A stretch of 63,562 bases of DNA, filler included, from Sphacelaria rigidula (lineage: Eukaryota): the NCBI GenBank assembly GCA_964200075.2. It is 10 parts of 10 records of this genome, joined end to end, with 100 filler letters (N's around TTAATTAATTAA, not from the genome) between each part and the next. Parts side by side here need not be neighbours in the genome. Positions count along the whole stretch, not along the records: positions 57,299 to 63,562 come from CAXNAA020021137.1; 9 more parts are not named here. The stretch is one strand, 5' to 3'. Positions 62,041 to 63,562 of the stretch are shown here, in pieces. A model generated the notes under the pieces. The model saw only the letters and a list, made by a program, of their open reading frames with translations, did no database searches and was not told the DNA's origin. A program made the position numbers and the translations under genes. Within the stretch, counting starts at the first letter, position 1; each line of letters starts with the position of its first letter.

Positions 62041-62293
62041 GAACAATGCTACGATAGAGGTTGCACTTTTTGTTTCTGGGTCTCGTTTTTGTAGGAACCC
62101 AAATATATGGGGCTTACTGTGCAACCCAAATCTCCGGGGACAGGACATAGAGATAAACACAGGGGCCTTTTCGTGAATCGGCATCATTTTCAGTCTTTTT
62201 CAAGTGAAAATGATGCCGATTCTCAAAATGATCCATGCAACACCCCGAGAAAAAAATTCGCTTAAAAAGTGCAACCCTACCGTAGCATCACGC
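62041..62293. mobile_element. MITE with family A-type TIRs but a different interior
   Basis: GAACAATGCTACGATAGAGGTTGCACTTTTT ... AAAAAGTGCAACCCTACCGTAGCATCACGC; flanks CGGC / AGGC. Confidence 0.8.
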
Positions 62294-62299
62294 AGGCGA

Positions 62300-63215
62300 A
62301 GTCCTCTGGACTTGAGTCGCTGGAGGTACTAGGATCCGCGTGGTGCAGATGGGCTGGTGGTGTGTAGTGCTGGCCGGAGCTTGAGCTGTATGGGTCCAGG
62401 GTCATCGATGAAGCGCACGATGTATGTGTCGGCAGAAACCAGATTGGCAGAGTGGGTCTGACCCAACCACCAGAGGTTGTCGCTGCCTTTGAACCAAAGG
62501 TAGCCGCCCTTGGGTAGTATTCGCTAGTTTGCAAAGAACTTCGCGTTACAAGTCTTGGTGGGTACAAGTTCGTAACCACCGGCGACAAAGCGTAGTTCCT
62601 GAGCGCGGAGAATTTCGCGGGCTGCTGCACCACGATGCATGTTGCGATATCTCTTCTTGTGAGCAAGATGCTGATGTTGGGATTGCGTCCAGTACAGGAG
62701 GATTGCACGGCGGTGCAATTCAAGGTCGGATTCGCGTTCCCAAGACGCTCTCCGACGACCTTGCCAGTAGTTGTTATACACGACAGCAATTTTTCCACCT
62801 CGACCACCGGTTATCTGGTGGCCGGAGATGGTGGACACGGTCAATCGGAGGGACTGTGCCGTCACGTCGTCGGTGGTAATATGATAGTGCGGCGACTTGG
62901 TCGAGTAGCTGTTGAGAACGTACTGTGTGAGTCCGGCAGGCAGGTACTTGGGCACGTCACTTGTTTCATGCGGGTCCATGCAGGGTTTGCATCTGTGCAC
63001 GGAGACCTGGGTTTGGTATACTTGCCCTGGAGGTCGCGAGGCAGGTCGAGATAGAACAGTTTGTCACCAACGGGCTTATCATCCGGTGATTATGGTAATG
63101 GTCCGACTGTCAGGATCGTCGAAGGTTTTGTCCAATTGAGGGACAATTTCGTCTTCAAAAATTGTTTCGTTGGCTGCCTTGCTGGTGCCTTCGCGGATGG
63201 TCGACAAACTAACAG
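62300..63215 (-). mobile_element. Ty3/gypsy fragment: integrase C-terminal GPY/F-like region plus chromodomain
   Basis: TKLSLNWTKPSTILTVGP, RVSVHRCKPC, then TISGHQITGGRGGKIAVVYNNYWQGRRRASWERESDL (chromodomain-like); frameshifted. Confidence 0.75.
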
Positions 63216-63276
63216 AGGATTCTATAAAATGAGGTTCATCAATGAAATGAGGTTCGAGCTCAAAACAGTACTTTCT

Positions 63277-63562
63277 CCACGCTTTCAGCGATGATGCCCG
63301 ATGACTTTCTTGTCGGTCTAATGCCCCTCGATCGCAAAGAGACTTCTTCAGCGCATTTTGTCGACTCTGTGAGCTTACAGCGCTGTCCGAAACCGCCATT
63401 TCTACTTATTCTCAAGGGGGGGGGGTGATATCAGGGAAAACAGCAGTTTTGGTCAGCGCTGTAAGCTCACAGAGTCGGTAAAATGCTCTGAAAAAGTATC
63501 TACGCGATCGAGGGGCATTAGGCCGACAAAAAAGGCATTGGGCACCATCCCTGAAAGTGTGG
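63277..63562. mobile_element. Foldback MITE with ~110-bp imperfect TIRs
   Basis: CCACGCTTTCAG...TAATGCCCCTCGATCGC...GACTCTGTGAGCTTACAGCGCTG is mirrored by CAGCGCTGTAAGCTCACAGAGTC...GCGATCGAGGGGCATTA...CTGAAAGTGTGG. Confidence 0.85.

Overview
Eukaryotic, repeat-rich DNA, and not one locus. Nine identical 100-nt artificial spacers (N44-TTAATTAATTAA-N44, stops in all six frames) join ten scaffolds of steadily decreasing length (6267 x6, 6266, 6265 x2, 6264 bp), so this is a size-sorted concatenation and adjacency across spacers means nothing. Gene and repeat style suggests a brown alga or related stramenopile (inference only). Well-supported content: one intact intronless Golgi-type sulfotransferase gene (10005-10994, -); a decayed Ty3/gypsy chromovirus pol (19490-23574, +) and a second, different chromovirus 3' fragment (~62300-63215, -); a probable small spliced twin-CX9C (CHCH) gene (39176-39700, -) missed by the ORF track; and many MITEs. 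The MITEs include a hAT-type family with 8-bp TSDs, PIF/Harbinger-like elements, and three families with unrelated interiors that share a GA-N6-CTACGRTAG terminal motif and 4-bp TSDs. Most ORFs in the track are spurious or TE relics. I found no rRNA, convincing tRNA, CRISPR array or operon-like system, and cannot support a claim of a new multi-gene system. The most novel-looking signal is the shared-TIR, 4-bp-TSD MITE group.
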